Source: Synechococcus sp. A15-28
GTDB taxonomy: Bacteria; Cyanobacteriota; Cyanobacteriia; PCC-6307; Cyanobiaceae
Length of the DNA stretch: 32,000 bases
Assembly (NCBI RefSeq): GCF_014280175.1
Contig: NZ_CP047931.1
Coordinates: forward strand, 1,290,001-1,322,000
Direction of reading: 5' to 3'
Shown: positions 8,040-17,900 of the stretch, in pieces
How the letters are laid out: each line of letters begins with the position of its first letter
Position numbering within the stretch: the first letter of the stretch is position 1
The notes under the pieces: generated by a model
The model's database searches: none
What the model was told of the DNA's origin: nothing
What the model saw: the letters and a program-made list of their open reading frames with translations, nothing else
Program-made: the position numbers and the translations under genes

Positions 8040-9611
8040 ATGGACTCTGGGCTAGCGACGGACGCAATGGCGAGCTCAGCCTTCCCCTGGCTGTCGTTGA
8101 TTGTCCTACTCCCAGCGTTCGGAGCACTGCTGATGCCCCTGATGCCAGGGGACGACAAGCGTCCTACCGCCTGGCCTCGCAACTTCGCCTTGGCCGTCCT
8201 GTTGGCGGACCTTCTGCTGATGCTTGTGGTGTTCAGCACCCGGTTTGACCCCGGTTTGAGCGGTCTGCAGCTGGTGGAACGGGTCAGCTGGCTTCCCTCC
8301 ATCGGCCTGGAGTGGTCCCTAGGGGCGGATGGACTCTCCGCCCCTCTAGTGGTGCTCAGCGGATTGGTCACGTTCCTCTCCGTGGCCGCGAGCTGGTCCG
8401 TGCAACGCAAATGCAAGTTGTACTTCGCTCTTCTGCTGGTGCAGGCATCAGCCCAGGGGCTGGTGTTTCTTTCGCAGGATTTCCTGCTGTTCTTCCTGGC
8501 CTGGGAACTGGAGTTGGTGCCGGTTTATCTGTTGATCGCCATCTGGGGCGGACAGAACCGTCAGTACGCCGCTACCAAATTCATCCTCTACACCGCCCTG
8601 GCATCACTGCTGATCCTGATCAGTGGACTGGCGTTGGCACTCTCCGGTGATCAGTTCACTCTGAACCTCACGGAACTCGCCTCCCGCTCCCCGGGCGGAA
8701 GCTTCGGGCTGCTCTGCTACCTGGGATTCCTGGTGGGCTTCGGCGTGAAACTGCCGATGTTCCCCCTCCATACCTGGCTCCCGGATGCCCACGGCGAAGC
8801 CAATGCCCCTGTCTCCATGCTGCTGGCGGGTGTGTTGCTGAAGATGGGCGGTTATGCGCTGCTGCGTTTCAACGTGCAGATGCTGCCGGATGCCCATCTC
8901 ACCCTGGCGCCGGCACTGGTCATCCTCGGCATCGTCAATATCGTCTACGGCGCCCTCAACGCCTTTGCCCAGGACAACGTCAAACGACGGATCGCCTGCA
9001 GTTCTGTCAGTCACATGGGTTTTGTGCTGCTCGGCATCGGAGCGGTGGATGCTCTGGGGATCAGCGGAGCGATGCTGCAAATGGTGAGCCACGGGCTCAT
9101 CGCTGCTGCGATGTTCTTCTTCACCGGCGTCTTCTACGAGCGAACGAAAACGCTCTCGATTCCGAACATGGGTGGCCTGGCCAAGGCGCTGCCGATCACC
9201 TTTGCGTTCTTCCTGGCCAGCTCCCTCGCATCGCTGGCGCTGCCGGGCATGAGTGGGTTCATCAGTGAAATCACCGTGTTCCTCGGCATCACCAGTCAGG
9301 AGGGATTCACCTCGCTGTTCAGAGCCATCACCGTGCTTCTGGCCGCCATCGGCCTGGTGCTGACGCCGATCTACCTGCTCTCCATGTGCAGAAGGGTGTT
9401 TTTCGGTCCCAGGATCCCAGCCCTGGCCAGCGTTGAAGACATGCGACCCAGGGAACTGGTGATCGGCATGAGCCTGCTGGTGCCAACCCTGGTGATCGGC
9501 ATCTGGCCAAGGATCGCCATGGACCTCTACGAGGCGTCCACCGACAGCCTGGCCAGTGACCTGGGCCAGCGGGCCCTGGTGGCCCTGATCGAACACCTAC
9601 CCATCGGTTGA
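8040..9611 (+). CDS. ndhD: NAD(P)H-quinone oxidoreductase subunit 4 (NdhD)
   Basis: 523 aa polytopic protein: [63 protein letters not shown]. The exact start is uncertain (ATG 8040 or 8067). Confidence 0.95.
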   Translation: MDSGLATDAMASSAFPWLSLIVLLPAFGALLMPLMPGDDKRPTAWPRNFALAVLLADLLLMLVVFSTRFDPGLSGLQLVERVSWLPSIGLEWSLGADGLSAPLVVLSGLVTFLSVAASWSVQRKCKLYFALLLVQASAQGLVFLSQDFLLFFLAWELELVPVYLLIAIWGGQNRQYAATKFILYTALASLLILISGLALALSGDQFTLNLTELASRSPGGSFGLLCYLGFLVGFGVKLPMFPLHTWLPDAHGEANAPVSMLLAGVLLKMGGYALLRFNVQMLPDAHLTLAPALVILGIVNIVYGALNAFAQDNVKRRIACSSVSHMGFVLLGIGAVDALGISGAMLQMVSHGLIAAAMFFFTGVFYERTKTLSIPNMGGLAKALPITFAFFLASSLASLALPGMSGFISEITVFLGITSQEGFTSLFRAITVLLAAIGLVLTPIYLLSMCRRVFFGPRIPALASVEDMRPRELVIGMSLLVPTLVIGIWPRIAMDLYEASTDSLASDLGQRALVALIEHLPIG

Positions 9612-9612
9612 G

Positions 9613-11715
9613 ATGAGCACCTCCACGTCCTCCCCCCTGCTGAAGGGCCATGGTCTGCCCTCCTATGAGCAGATCACACCGGAACTGGTTCGTCAGGACA
9701 TTCCACTCCTGCTGAAGGAACTGGAACAGCAGTTCACGGATCTGGAGCAAGCGCTTCGCTCAAGACTGGACAGTGATTCCTTCCTCGGCTGGGAGGAGGT
9801 GATGCAGCCGATGCAGCGCATTGGCGAGCGGCTTCGCTGGAGTTGGGGCGTGATCTCCCACCTCAACGGCGTCTGCAATACGCCTGAGCTGCGGGACGCC
9901 CACGCCGCCCAGCAACCCGATGTCGTCCGCCTGGGCAATCGCCTTGGACAAAGCAAGGTGCTGCATCGGGCCCTCTGCCAGCTGCGCGACCAGCCCAGTG
10001 AGCCGCTCAACTCCACCCGCCAGCGCATTCTCGAGTCCGAACTGCTGTCCATGCAGCAACGCGGTGTCGGTCTCGACGGTGAGCATCAGACCGCCTTCAA
10101 CCAGGCCAGCGAACGTCTGGCAGCCCTGTCCACCAGCTTCGGCAATCACGTGCTGGATGCCACCCAGCAATGGACGCTGAAGCTCACGGACCCCAAGCAG
10201 GTGAAAGGCCTTCCTCAGCGGGCTTTGGAATCACTGGCCGCAGCAGCTCGGGAGGCCGGTGACGCCGAAGCCAGTGCCGAAAAGGGACCATGGCTCGTGG
10301 GCCTGGACATGCCGAGATACATCCCGGTACTCACCCACGCCGATGACCGCTCACTGAGGGAAACCGTCTATCGAGCCCATGTGAGCCGGGCCAGCCAGGG
10401 AAACCTGGACAACGCACCGCTGATTGAGGAAATCCTCGGGCTACGCCGGGATCAGGCCCAACGACTTGGCTATGGCCACTGGGCCGAACTGAGCCTCGCC
10501 AGCAAGATGGCCGAGGACGTCTCAGCCGTGGAAGCGCTGCTGGAAGAGCTGCGTGCCGCGGCCTATCCGGCGGCCGAGAAGGAGCTGGAGGAGCTCAAGG
10601 CCTGTGCCCAACGACACGGGACTGCGGAAGCCGACGCTCTGGCCCCATGGGATGTCACCTACTGGTCAGAAAAACTGCGGCGCGAACGGTTTGATCTCGA
10701 CCAGGAAGCCCTGCGGCCATGGTTCCCGCTGCCCCAGGTGCTCGATGGCCTGTTCGGCCTTTGCTCCCGCCTCTTCGATGTGGAGATCACGCCGGCCGAT
10801 GGGGAGGCTCCGGTCTGGCATAAGGATGTGCGCTTCTTCCACGTGCGTCGGGGTGGTGAACCGATCGCTGCGTTCTACCTGGATCCCTACAGCCGTCCTG
10901 CCAGCAAACGCGGTGGAGCCTGGATGGACGAATGCCTCGGGCGTCACCGCAACAGCGACGGCAGTCTGGTGCTGCCGGTGGCCTACCTGATCTGCAATCA
11001 GACACCCCCCGTCGGCGAGGCCCCCAGCCTGATGAGCTTCGAAGAGGTGGAGACCCTGTTCCACGAATTCGGCCACGGTCTGCAACACATGCTCACCACC
11101 GTGGACGAACCGGAAGCGGCCGGGATCAGCAACGTGGAGTGGGATGCTGTGGAACTGCCCAGCCAGTTCATGGAGAACTGGTGCCTGGACCAGAACACCC
11201 TGATGGGCATGGCCCGCCACTGGCAGACCGGAGAGCCCCTGCCCCAGGCTGAAGTGGAGAAACTTCGCAGCAGCCGCACCTTCAACGCCGGCCTGGCCAC
11301 CTTGCGGCAGGTGCACTTCGCCCTGACTGATCTGCGACTGCACAGCCAGTGGACGCCGCAACTGGGTCTGACGCCCGACCAGTTCCGGCGCGACATCGCC
11401 GGCACCACCACCGTGATGGCCCCGATCCCGGAAGATCGCTTCCTCTGCGCCTTCGGGCATATCTTCGCGGGGGGATATTCCGCCGGCTACTACTCCTACA
11501 AATGGGCCGAGGTGCTGAGTGCGGATGCCTATGCCGCCTTTGAGGAAGTGGGTCTCGACCAGGAGGATCAGGTGCGTGCCACCGGTGCCCGCTTCCGAGA
11601 CACAGTCCTCAGCCTCGGTGGCAGCCGCGCTCCAACTGAGGTGTTCAAAGCCTTCCGCGGTCGCGTCGCCAGCAGCGAAGCGCTGATCCGTCATTCCGGC
11701 CTGCAGGCGGCCTGA
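9613..11715 (+). CDS. prlC: M3 family zinc metallopeptidase (oligopeptidase A-like)
   Basis: 700 aa. VETLFHEFGHGLQHML (HExxH), ISNVEWDAVELPSQFMENW, FAGGYSAGYYSYKWAEVLSADA. Confidence 0.93.
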   Translation: MSTSTSSPLLKGHGLPSYEQITPELVRQDIPLLLKELEQQFTDLEQALRSRLDSDSFLGWEEVMQPMQRIGERLRWSWGVISHLNGVCNTPELRDAHAAQQPDVVRLGNRLGQSKVLHRALCQLRDQPSEPLNSTRQRILESELLSMQQRGVGLDGEHQTAFNQASERLAALSTSFGNHVLDATQQWTLKLTDPKQVKGLPQRALESLAAAAREAGDAEASAEKGPWLVGLDMPRYIPVLTHADDRSLRETVYRAHVSRASQGNLDNAPLIEEILGLRRDQAQRLGYGHWAELSLASKMAEDVSAVEALLEELRAAAYPAAEKELEELKACAQRHGTAEADALAPWDVTYWSEKLRRERFDLDQEALRPWFPLPQVLDGLFGLCSRLFDVEITPADGEAPVWHKDVRFFHVRRGGEPIAAFYLDPYSRPASKRGGAWMDECLGRHRNSDGSLVLPVAYLICNQTPPVGEAPSLMSFEEVETLFHEFGHGLQHMLTTVDEPEAAGISNVEWDAVELPSQFMENWCLDQNTLMGMARHWQTGEPLPQAEVEKLRSSRTFNAGLATLRQVHFALTDLRLHSQWTPQLGLTPDQFRRDIAGTTTVMAPIPEDRFLCAFGHIFAGGYSAGYYSYKWAEVLSADAYAAFEEVGLDQEDQVRATGARFRDTVLSLGGSRAPTEVFKAFRGRVASSEALIRHSGLQAA

Positions 11716-11716
11716 T

Positions 11717-12304
11717 TCAGGCTCCCAGATCCTGGGCGAGCCTCTGCAGCGCCTGCGGATGGGAAATGAGCTGCTGGTGGGTCCACACCGGCAACTCCGT
11801 TTGCGTTCCCGACGGCAGGACAGCCATCCAGCCGGGAGACACCATCAGATCCCAGCGGCAGAAATAACTCCGACATGTCACCGGTGCCAATCCACCCACC
11901 TGTCGATTCAGCTGGAGCAGCAGATCACTGGCGGGCTTCATGTCCGCCACGCCAGCCAACAGACGGCGGGGCACAGGCAGGGCTGCCAGGGTTCCGTTCT
12001 GAGGGCTGCCGACACTGAAAAAACGGGCTGTCCGTGCTGCCCCCCCCAACTCCTGAAGCCAGATCCGCCCGATCACACCTCCCATGGAGAACCCGAGCAG
12101 ATCGATCGCTGTGTCGCGCCCGAACTGCTGCAGGATGTGCTGATCCAAACGACGGGCCAGCTCCCGCAGCGGAACCACCCCCAGGCCATGGGGCAGGTGC
12201 GGTGCCAGCAGAGGGCGATCCGGTTGATCGATCCGCTGAATCAGACGGTGGAACACGCGAGGGGTGTCCCACAGGCCATGCACCAGCACAAGGGGCCTCG
12301 TCAT
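11717..12304 (-). CDS. Alpha/beta hydrolase (lipase/esterase-like)
   Basis: 195 aa [23 protein letters not shown]...IDLLGFSMGGVIGRIW: oxyanion VHG motif and GFSMGG nucleophile elbow. The track labels it '+', but ATG reads as CAT at 12302-12304 and the stop as TCA at 11717-11719, so it is minus. Confidence 0.88.
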   Translation of the reverse strand: MTRPLVLVHGLWDTPRVFHRLIQRIDQPDRPLLAPHLPHGLGVVPLRELARRLDQHILQQFGRDTAIDLLGFSMGGVIGRIWLQELGGAARTARFFSVGSPQNGTLAALPVPRRLLAGVADMKPASDLLLQLNRQVGGLAPVTCRSYFCRWDLMVSPGWMAVLPSGTQTELPVWTHQQLISHPQALQRLAQDLGA

Positions 12305-12672
12305 GGAGCTCCATGGCGAACGCGCTCAACGGCCACCACACCATCAAATCCAGGCACCGGAGCCGCGCACTTACTCAGGGTCAGACGCACCGGTACCGGT
12401 CCATAGAGCTGCTCAAGACGGTCCAGCACGCGATCACTGAAGTGCTCGATCGTGAGGCAGCGAATCTCCCTGGCCAGAGACTGCAGGGAACGAATCGCCA
12501 GGCTGTAATCGAGGCTGCTGGCCAGATCATCAGAGGCGGCGGCAGACGACAGGTCGCTCCAGAGGCTGATGTCGAGGCTGAACCACTGGCCGTCCCGACG
12601 CTCCTGCTCAAGAACCCCGACATGGGCCCAGAGGCGCAGCCCCCGCACGTGGATCACGTCGTTGGCGGTCAC
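12301..12672 (-). CDS. folB: Dihydroneopterin aldolase
   Basis: 123 aa, GTG start at 12672. [30 protein letters not shown] and [11 protein letters not shown]...[15 protein letters not shown] are typical of FolB. Confidence 0.92.
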   Translation of the reverse strand: MTANDVIHVRGLRLWAHVGVLEQERRDGQWFSLDISLWSDLSSAAASDDLASSLDYSLAIRSLQSLAREIRCLTIEHFSDRVLDRLEQLYGPVPVRLTLSKCAAPVPGFDGVVAVERVRHGAP

Positions 12673-13976
12673 AGGGGCAGGTCGGTATGGGTGAAGCGGC
12701 GGGTGCCGTCCGCGAAATCGGCAGCGATGTGTCCGTCACCACGCAGCCGGTAGCGGTAGGTCACCAGACCATCGAGTCCCACCGGACCCCGCGGCGGCAG
12801 GGTCTGGGTGCTGATGCCCACCTCAGCTCCAAAGCCGTAACGGAAGCCGTCAGCGAAGCGCGTGGAGCAGTTGTGGTACACACCAGCACTGTCAACGGCA
12901 GCCAGGAACCGCTCCGCCGCCCGCTCATCAGCGGTGGCGATGGCTTCGGTGTGGCGTGATCCATGGCGCCGGATGTGCTCGAGCGCTGCATCCATCGAGG
13001 ACACCACCCGCACCGAAAGGATCAGATCGAGGTATTCCGTTCTCCAGTCCGCGTCACTGGCAGCGTCGCTGACGCCGAGCTCGCGGCTTCGCTCATCCCC
13101 TCGCAAGCTGACGCCTGCCGACTGAAATGCCGGCACCGCGGACGCCAGGAAAGCCGGTGCAATCGATTCATGGACCAGCAGGGTCTCGATGGCATTGCAG
13201 GCGGCAGGGTACTGGGTCTTGCTGTCGATGGCGATGCGAACCGCCTGCTCCACCTCAGCAGCAGCATCCACGTAGAGATGACAAATGCCGTCCGCATGGC
13301 CCAGCACGGGAATGCGGGTGTTGTCCTGGATGAATCGCACCAGCTCGTTGCTGCCCCGCGGGATGATCAGATCCACCAGACCATCCAGCCGCAACAGCGC
13401 CAGGCTTTCCTGACGGGTGGTCAACAGCGTCAAGGCATCGGCGGACACAGCACTGCGATCCAGCCCCAGCTTGAGGGCATCCATCACCGCTTCATTGGTG
13501 CAACGGGCCTCGCTGCCCCCTTTCAGCATCGCGCCATTACCGGAACGGATGGCCAGGGAAGCGATTTGCACCACCGCATCTGGACGGGCCTCAAAGATCA
13601 CACCTACCACTCCCAGGGGAACGGTGATGCGTTCCAGCACCAGGCCCTGATCCAGCTCCCGGTGCAGCTGGCGTCTCCCGAGAGGGTCCGGAAGGGTGGC
13701 CAGTTTGCGCACCCCATCGATGGCACCGGCCAGCTTGGCGGCGTCCAGCTTCAAGCGGGACATCAACGCGGGGGCCAGGCCTTCAGCGGCCGAGCGCTCG
13801 AGATCGTCCCGGTTGGCCGCCACGATCGTGTCAGCCCGCTCCGCCAGAGCATCGGCCATCGCCCGGAGAGCGTCAGCGCGCTGTTGATCGTCCGTCTGTC
13901 CCAGCTCCACCGCAGCCAAACGGACGGCGCCTGCCCTTTGCAGCAGCTCTGCCGAAGGCTCCGGGACAGTGGTCAT
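12669..13976 (-). CDS. proA: Glutamate-5-semialdehyde dehydrogenase (gamma-glutamyl phosphate reductase)
   Basis: 435 aa. [42 protein letters not shown] and [14 protein letters not shown]. The track labels it '+', but ATG reads as CAT at 13974-13976, so it is minus. Confidence 0.96.
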   Translation of the reverse strand: MTTVPEPSAELLQRAGAVRLAAVELGQTDDQQRADALRAMADALAERADTIVAANRDDLERSAAEGLAPALMSRLKLDAAKLAGAIDGVRKLATLPDPLGRRQLHRELDQGLVLERITVPLGVVGVIFEARPDAVVQIASLAIRSGNGAMLKGGSEARCTNEAVMDALKLGLDRSAVSADALTLLTTRQESLALLRLDGLVDLIIPRGSNELVRFIQDNTRIPVLGHADGICHLYVDAAAEVEQAVRIAIDSKTQYPAACNAIETLLVHESIAPAFLASAVPAFQSAGVSLRGDERSRELGVSDAASDADWRTEYLDLILSVRVVSSMDAALEHIRRHGSRHTEAIATADERAAERFLAAVDSAGVYHNCSTRFADGFRYGFGAEVGISTQTLPPRGPVGLDGLVTYRYRLRGDGHIAADFADGTRRFTHTDLPL

Positions 13977-13989
13977 GGAAGGAAACGAC

Positions 13990-14898
13990 TCAGTCGTCGG
14001 CCATCATCCCGCCAAGGCGGAGCAGCGCCAGCCGCGCCGCCCCCAGGCGGCCGGCTCCATTGCCGAGAGCGCAAGCCTCAATCCGCAGTCCCTCCCGGGA
14101 AACCGCCTGCACCCGCTGCTCCACCTCCCGTCGGACTGCAGGGAGGAAATGGCAGGCGGCCCCGGCGAGGCCACCCCCCAGCAACACAAGCTGAGGAGTG
14201 AAGACGTACACCAGGGAGGACAGTCCCACCCCCAGGCGAGCCCCATAGCGCTCCCACACCTCCAGGGCCGCTGGCTCACCAGCTGCTGCAGCCTGGCTCA
14301 GGGCACGGGGATCGCGATCACTCAGGCGACGCAACGCCGCAATGCTCGCGAACTGTTCCAGGGATCCACGATTTCCGCTGTTGCATGCGGGACCATCCGG
14401 ATCCACGCCGATCAACCCCGGTTCCGCCGCCGCACCGTTGTGGCCGGTGAAGAGCTGCCCACCCAGCAACACGCCGCCGCCGACACCGGTGCCGAGGGTC
14501 AACAGCACCACGTCGCTGAAGCCCCTGGCCGCTCCTCCCCAGGCCTCCCCCACCACAGCGCAATTGCCGTCATTGGCGAGGGTGACCCGTCGCTGCAGCC
14601 GCACCTCCAACCAGTCCGCCAGCGGGACGTCCTCCCAGCCCGGCAGGTTGATGCACACCCGCGCCACCCGAGCCGCAGCATCCATCGGCCCGGGAAGACC
14701 CACCCCCACCATTGGGGCTTCACCGCTGGGATCCAATCGCTCAACGGCATCGCAGAGCGCCATCGTCACGGCCCCTGGCACCGCAGGCTGGGGTGTGGCC
14801 ACCTCGAGCTCAGCCAACAGAGCTCCGCGGTGATCGAAACGGGCCAGCTTGATGGCTGTTCCCCCGAGATCAATGCCGATCACCTGCCCGTTGGTCAT
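13990..14898 (-). CDS. ROK family sugar kinase / transcriptional-regulator-like protein
   Basis: 302 aa from ATG at 14898: [22 protein letters not shown]...[10 protein letters not shown]...[16 protein letters not shown]...[15 protein letters not shown]. Confidence 0.9.
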   Translation of the reverse strand: MTNGQVIGIDLGGTAIKLARFDHRGALLAELEVATPQPAVPGAVTMALCDAVERLDPSGEAPMVGVGLPGPMDAAARVARVCINLPGWEDVPLADWLEVRLQRRVTLANDGNCAVVGEAWGGAARGFSDVVLLTLGTGVGGGVLLGGQLFTGHNGAAAEPGLIGVDPDGPACNSGNRGSLEQFASIAALRRLSDRDPRALSQAAAAGEPAALEVWERYGARLGVGLSSLVYVFTPQLVLLGGGLAGAACHFLPAVRREVEQRVQAVSREGLRIEACALGNGAGRLGAARLALLRLGGMMADD

Positions 14899-14902
14899 GG
14901 CC

Positions 14903-17900
14903 TCAGAAGCGGAAGAACAGCTGCAGCTGGCTCTGCCAGGTGCCATTGGAATCCACGGATCCAGACAAGGCCGTGTTGGGGTTCACCTGGTAGGTCACCG
15001 TCGTCTGAGGGGGAACATCTGAGGTGTTGGGAGCCGCCAGCACCGAGAAATCAAAGCGATCGGTCACATCAACACCGATTTCAGTCACCAGCGTGAAGGT
15101 GGGAGCCACCCGGCCTGACGTTCGCTCGTTGTCATCCTTGATGTCCGGGGTGACATAGGTGGGGAACAAAGCGATCTGCATGCGCTGGCCCATGGCATCG
15201 GTCAACGTTCCGAGAACCGGCGAGAGCAGCGACTGCCCCAGCACCGTCGCCAGAGCGCCCCCCCCGGCTCCCGCCAGACCCGAAAGGGAGTTGCCACCAA
15301 TCAGCGCCATCAGCTGCGGCTCCGACAACGGCGGTGCACTGCGCATATCCAGATTGCCGATCAAACGATCCGCCGGACCGGCGGCCTGCACAGTGATTTT
15401 CACCAGCCTCAGCTGACCGCCACCATCGCCAATGGTTCCCAGGCCATTGGTCTCGAAGACATTGGCAGTGCTGGCATTGCCGGCCGTTCCGGGTTGCACC
15501 GCATCCGAGACCCGGGTCTTCATCGCGATATCGACGAAAGGCACCAATCCCAGCGAGGGGGTGAACACCGCGACATTGGGGGCGCGCGCATCGAGGCGGA
15601 AGGTGGTGGAAAACAAGCTGACGCGGCCACGGTTGAGGCGAATCAGACCCCGCAGCTCCAGCGACGGATCCAATGGGCCGTTGACCAGCAACTGACCGCC
15701 ACCTTGGAAACTGATCAAGGGCGGCATCCGAACCTGCAGATCAGGCCCCAGTCCAAGGCGGAAGTTGCGGAAACGAACCGCAGAAAGATTGGGCATCAGA
15801 TTCTGGAATGCCGCCGGCAACTGGGCGGGAGCACCGGGGCCAAACAGCACCAGGGGATCCTGAAAATCCCAGCCTTCCTCCAGCAAAGCCGCGGTCGTGA
15901 CCGGGGTTGAGGCATTCGCCTGGAACGGTTGAACCCCCTGCTTCGGGGATGCACCACCAGCCCTGCGTAGACGCGAGAGCAATCCTCCCCGGGGCTGAAT
16001 CACCCCTTGTCTGAGATTCAGCTGGCCGCTGATCAACGGCTGGCTCAGGGCACCACGCAACGTGATCTCGCCATCAGCCGCCAGATCCACTCTCTCCTGC
16101 CGGAACGTCCCCTTGGTCAGACGAATGCTGAGTGGCGTCTCCTCCTCACGGGGGGTGAACAGACCGATGGCGCCCGCAGCCGAGACGCTCCCCCCAGACT
16201 CCAGCGTCGCCGCGAGCTGGCTGACCTCGACGCGGTTGAAATCGAACAACAGAGAGGCGTTGACGTTCTTGAAGGACTGCTCAGCCGCGGTGAAGGCACC
16301 ATCACGCACCACCAGAAAACCGTTGGCCTGAGGCTGATCCAGGTATCCACTCAGAATCAGGCGAAGGTCACTGCTGCCCCGGGTCAACGTCAGGGCATCG
16401 CCGGCGGGGGCCGCCAGGAAGCTCAGGGCATCTCCATGGCTTTCGAGCTCAAGATCCAGCGCGTCACGCAAATTCAGCGGGATGCTGCCGCGCACCTGAA
16501 GGGCCTCGGCAGCACCATCACTGCGGAGCGCGAGATCGAGCTGAAGCCCATCCGAAGCCAACACAACGGCTTGTCGTTCAAGGCGAAGGGCCTGCTCACC
16601 GAAGCGCGCCTGTTCCAGGGCCAACTCCGTGGTCAGCAACGGGCCGCGGCCCGTCAGGTCGTAGGAGCCCGTGATACCGATGGCCCCTCGCAAAGCGGAC
16701 GGAACCGGGGCGACCAGAGCCAGAAGCGAGAACGGCAGATGCAGAAGGCTGAAGCGTCCCTGGCCGCCCTGCAGGGGACCACTCAGCTGAGCCACAACGG
16801 GTTCGAGCTGAAGCATCCGATCCTGATTTTCACCATCCATCCACAGATGCGCCCGGGCCTCTGCCTCCAGCGAGAGCGATGCCAAATCCGGACCGGCAAG
16901 GTTGAGAACAGCGTCGAGGCGACCGCGAAGGTCACCTGGATCCACACGCGGCTGGGGGTGATCCCGGTCGTAGACCTCCAGCCACTGACGAGACCGCTGA
17001 AGAGCACGCAGATGCCCTTCCAGGCTTCCCCCGAAGGTGTCGATCACCAACGTGCCGAGATCCTCAGCGCGGCCCAGGGGGCCAGCGGTGGGGAGCTGGC
17101 CGCCACGCAGCTGCTGGGCCATCTGCACCAACCAGGGCACATCCAGTCCGGAGGCCTCGATCCGGCTGCGCAGGTTTCCGCCCACGCGTCCCTGGGCTGT
17201 CAGCTGAATCTCACCCTGCTGGGGCTGCAGCCGTCCGCGGGTCTGGAAACGACCCGCCGCAACACGTCCCTCCAGCTCGATCCGCTTCAAGGCAATCCCG
17301 CGAAGTTTTGGGTCATCCAGATGCAGATCACCGACCAGCTCCACAGGTTTCAACGCCAGAACGCCGTCGCCACTGAGACGTCCCTGCAATGGACCTGATG
17401 CGGATGCCGTGGGCAGCGACAGCTGAAGTCCGGCGATCGACAGCTGATCCGCTCTCCACCGCAACTGGCGCTCGGCGCCGGGCCGCACGGTCAAGCTGCC
17501 GCCGCCGCGACGGAGGTCCGCCTGCAATGGCCAACCGGAGGAAGCCAGTCGAGCCGTCAGGTCTCCATCAGTGGCTGGGGCCTGGGAGGCCAGACGCAGG
17601 TTGAACTCAGATCGGGTCGATCCGGTCAGTTGCCCCTGCCAACGCTCCGGCAACTGCAACGGTCCAACGCCGGGTCGGACAAGATCAAGCGCCACGGTGC
17701 TGTTCACATCACTCAGGGGACCCTGAAACCGTCCGCGGGCCGATAGACGGCCTTCCAAAGGAATGGACGTCAGAGCCGAAAGGCGGGCCAGGGGCAGTGA
17801 CGTGAGGGCGAAACCCGCCTTCAGCTCTCCAAGCTGAGCTGCGCCGTTTTGAAAACGAATGGGCAGCTGCGCCTCCGCACGCAGCACCGGGCTGCTGAAA

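Noticed and set aside
8604-9596. 330 aa minus-strand ORF rich in His/Gln/Glu
   Set aside because: Antisense of the hydrophobic ndhD frame. Such composition is expected from reverse-reading transmembrane codons.
10666-11694. 342 aa minus-strand ORF
   Set aside because: Antisense to the M3 peptidase, which has clear catalytic motifs. The shadow has no family resemblance.
12963-14201. 412 aa plus-strand ORF
   Set aside because: Antisense shadow of proA and the ROK gene, with no recognisable domain.
13969-15096. 375 aa plus-strand ORF
   Set aside because: Antisense shadow of the ROK gene and tamB 3' end, low-complexity His/Gln-rich sequence.
16007-17398. 463 aa plus-strand ORF
   Set aside because: Lies entirely antisense to the 1473 aa TamB-like gene and has the Gln/Arg/His-rich composition typical of a high-GC shadow frame.
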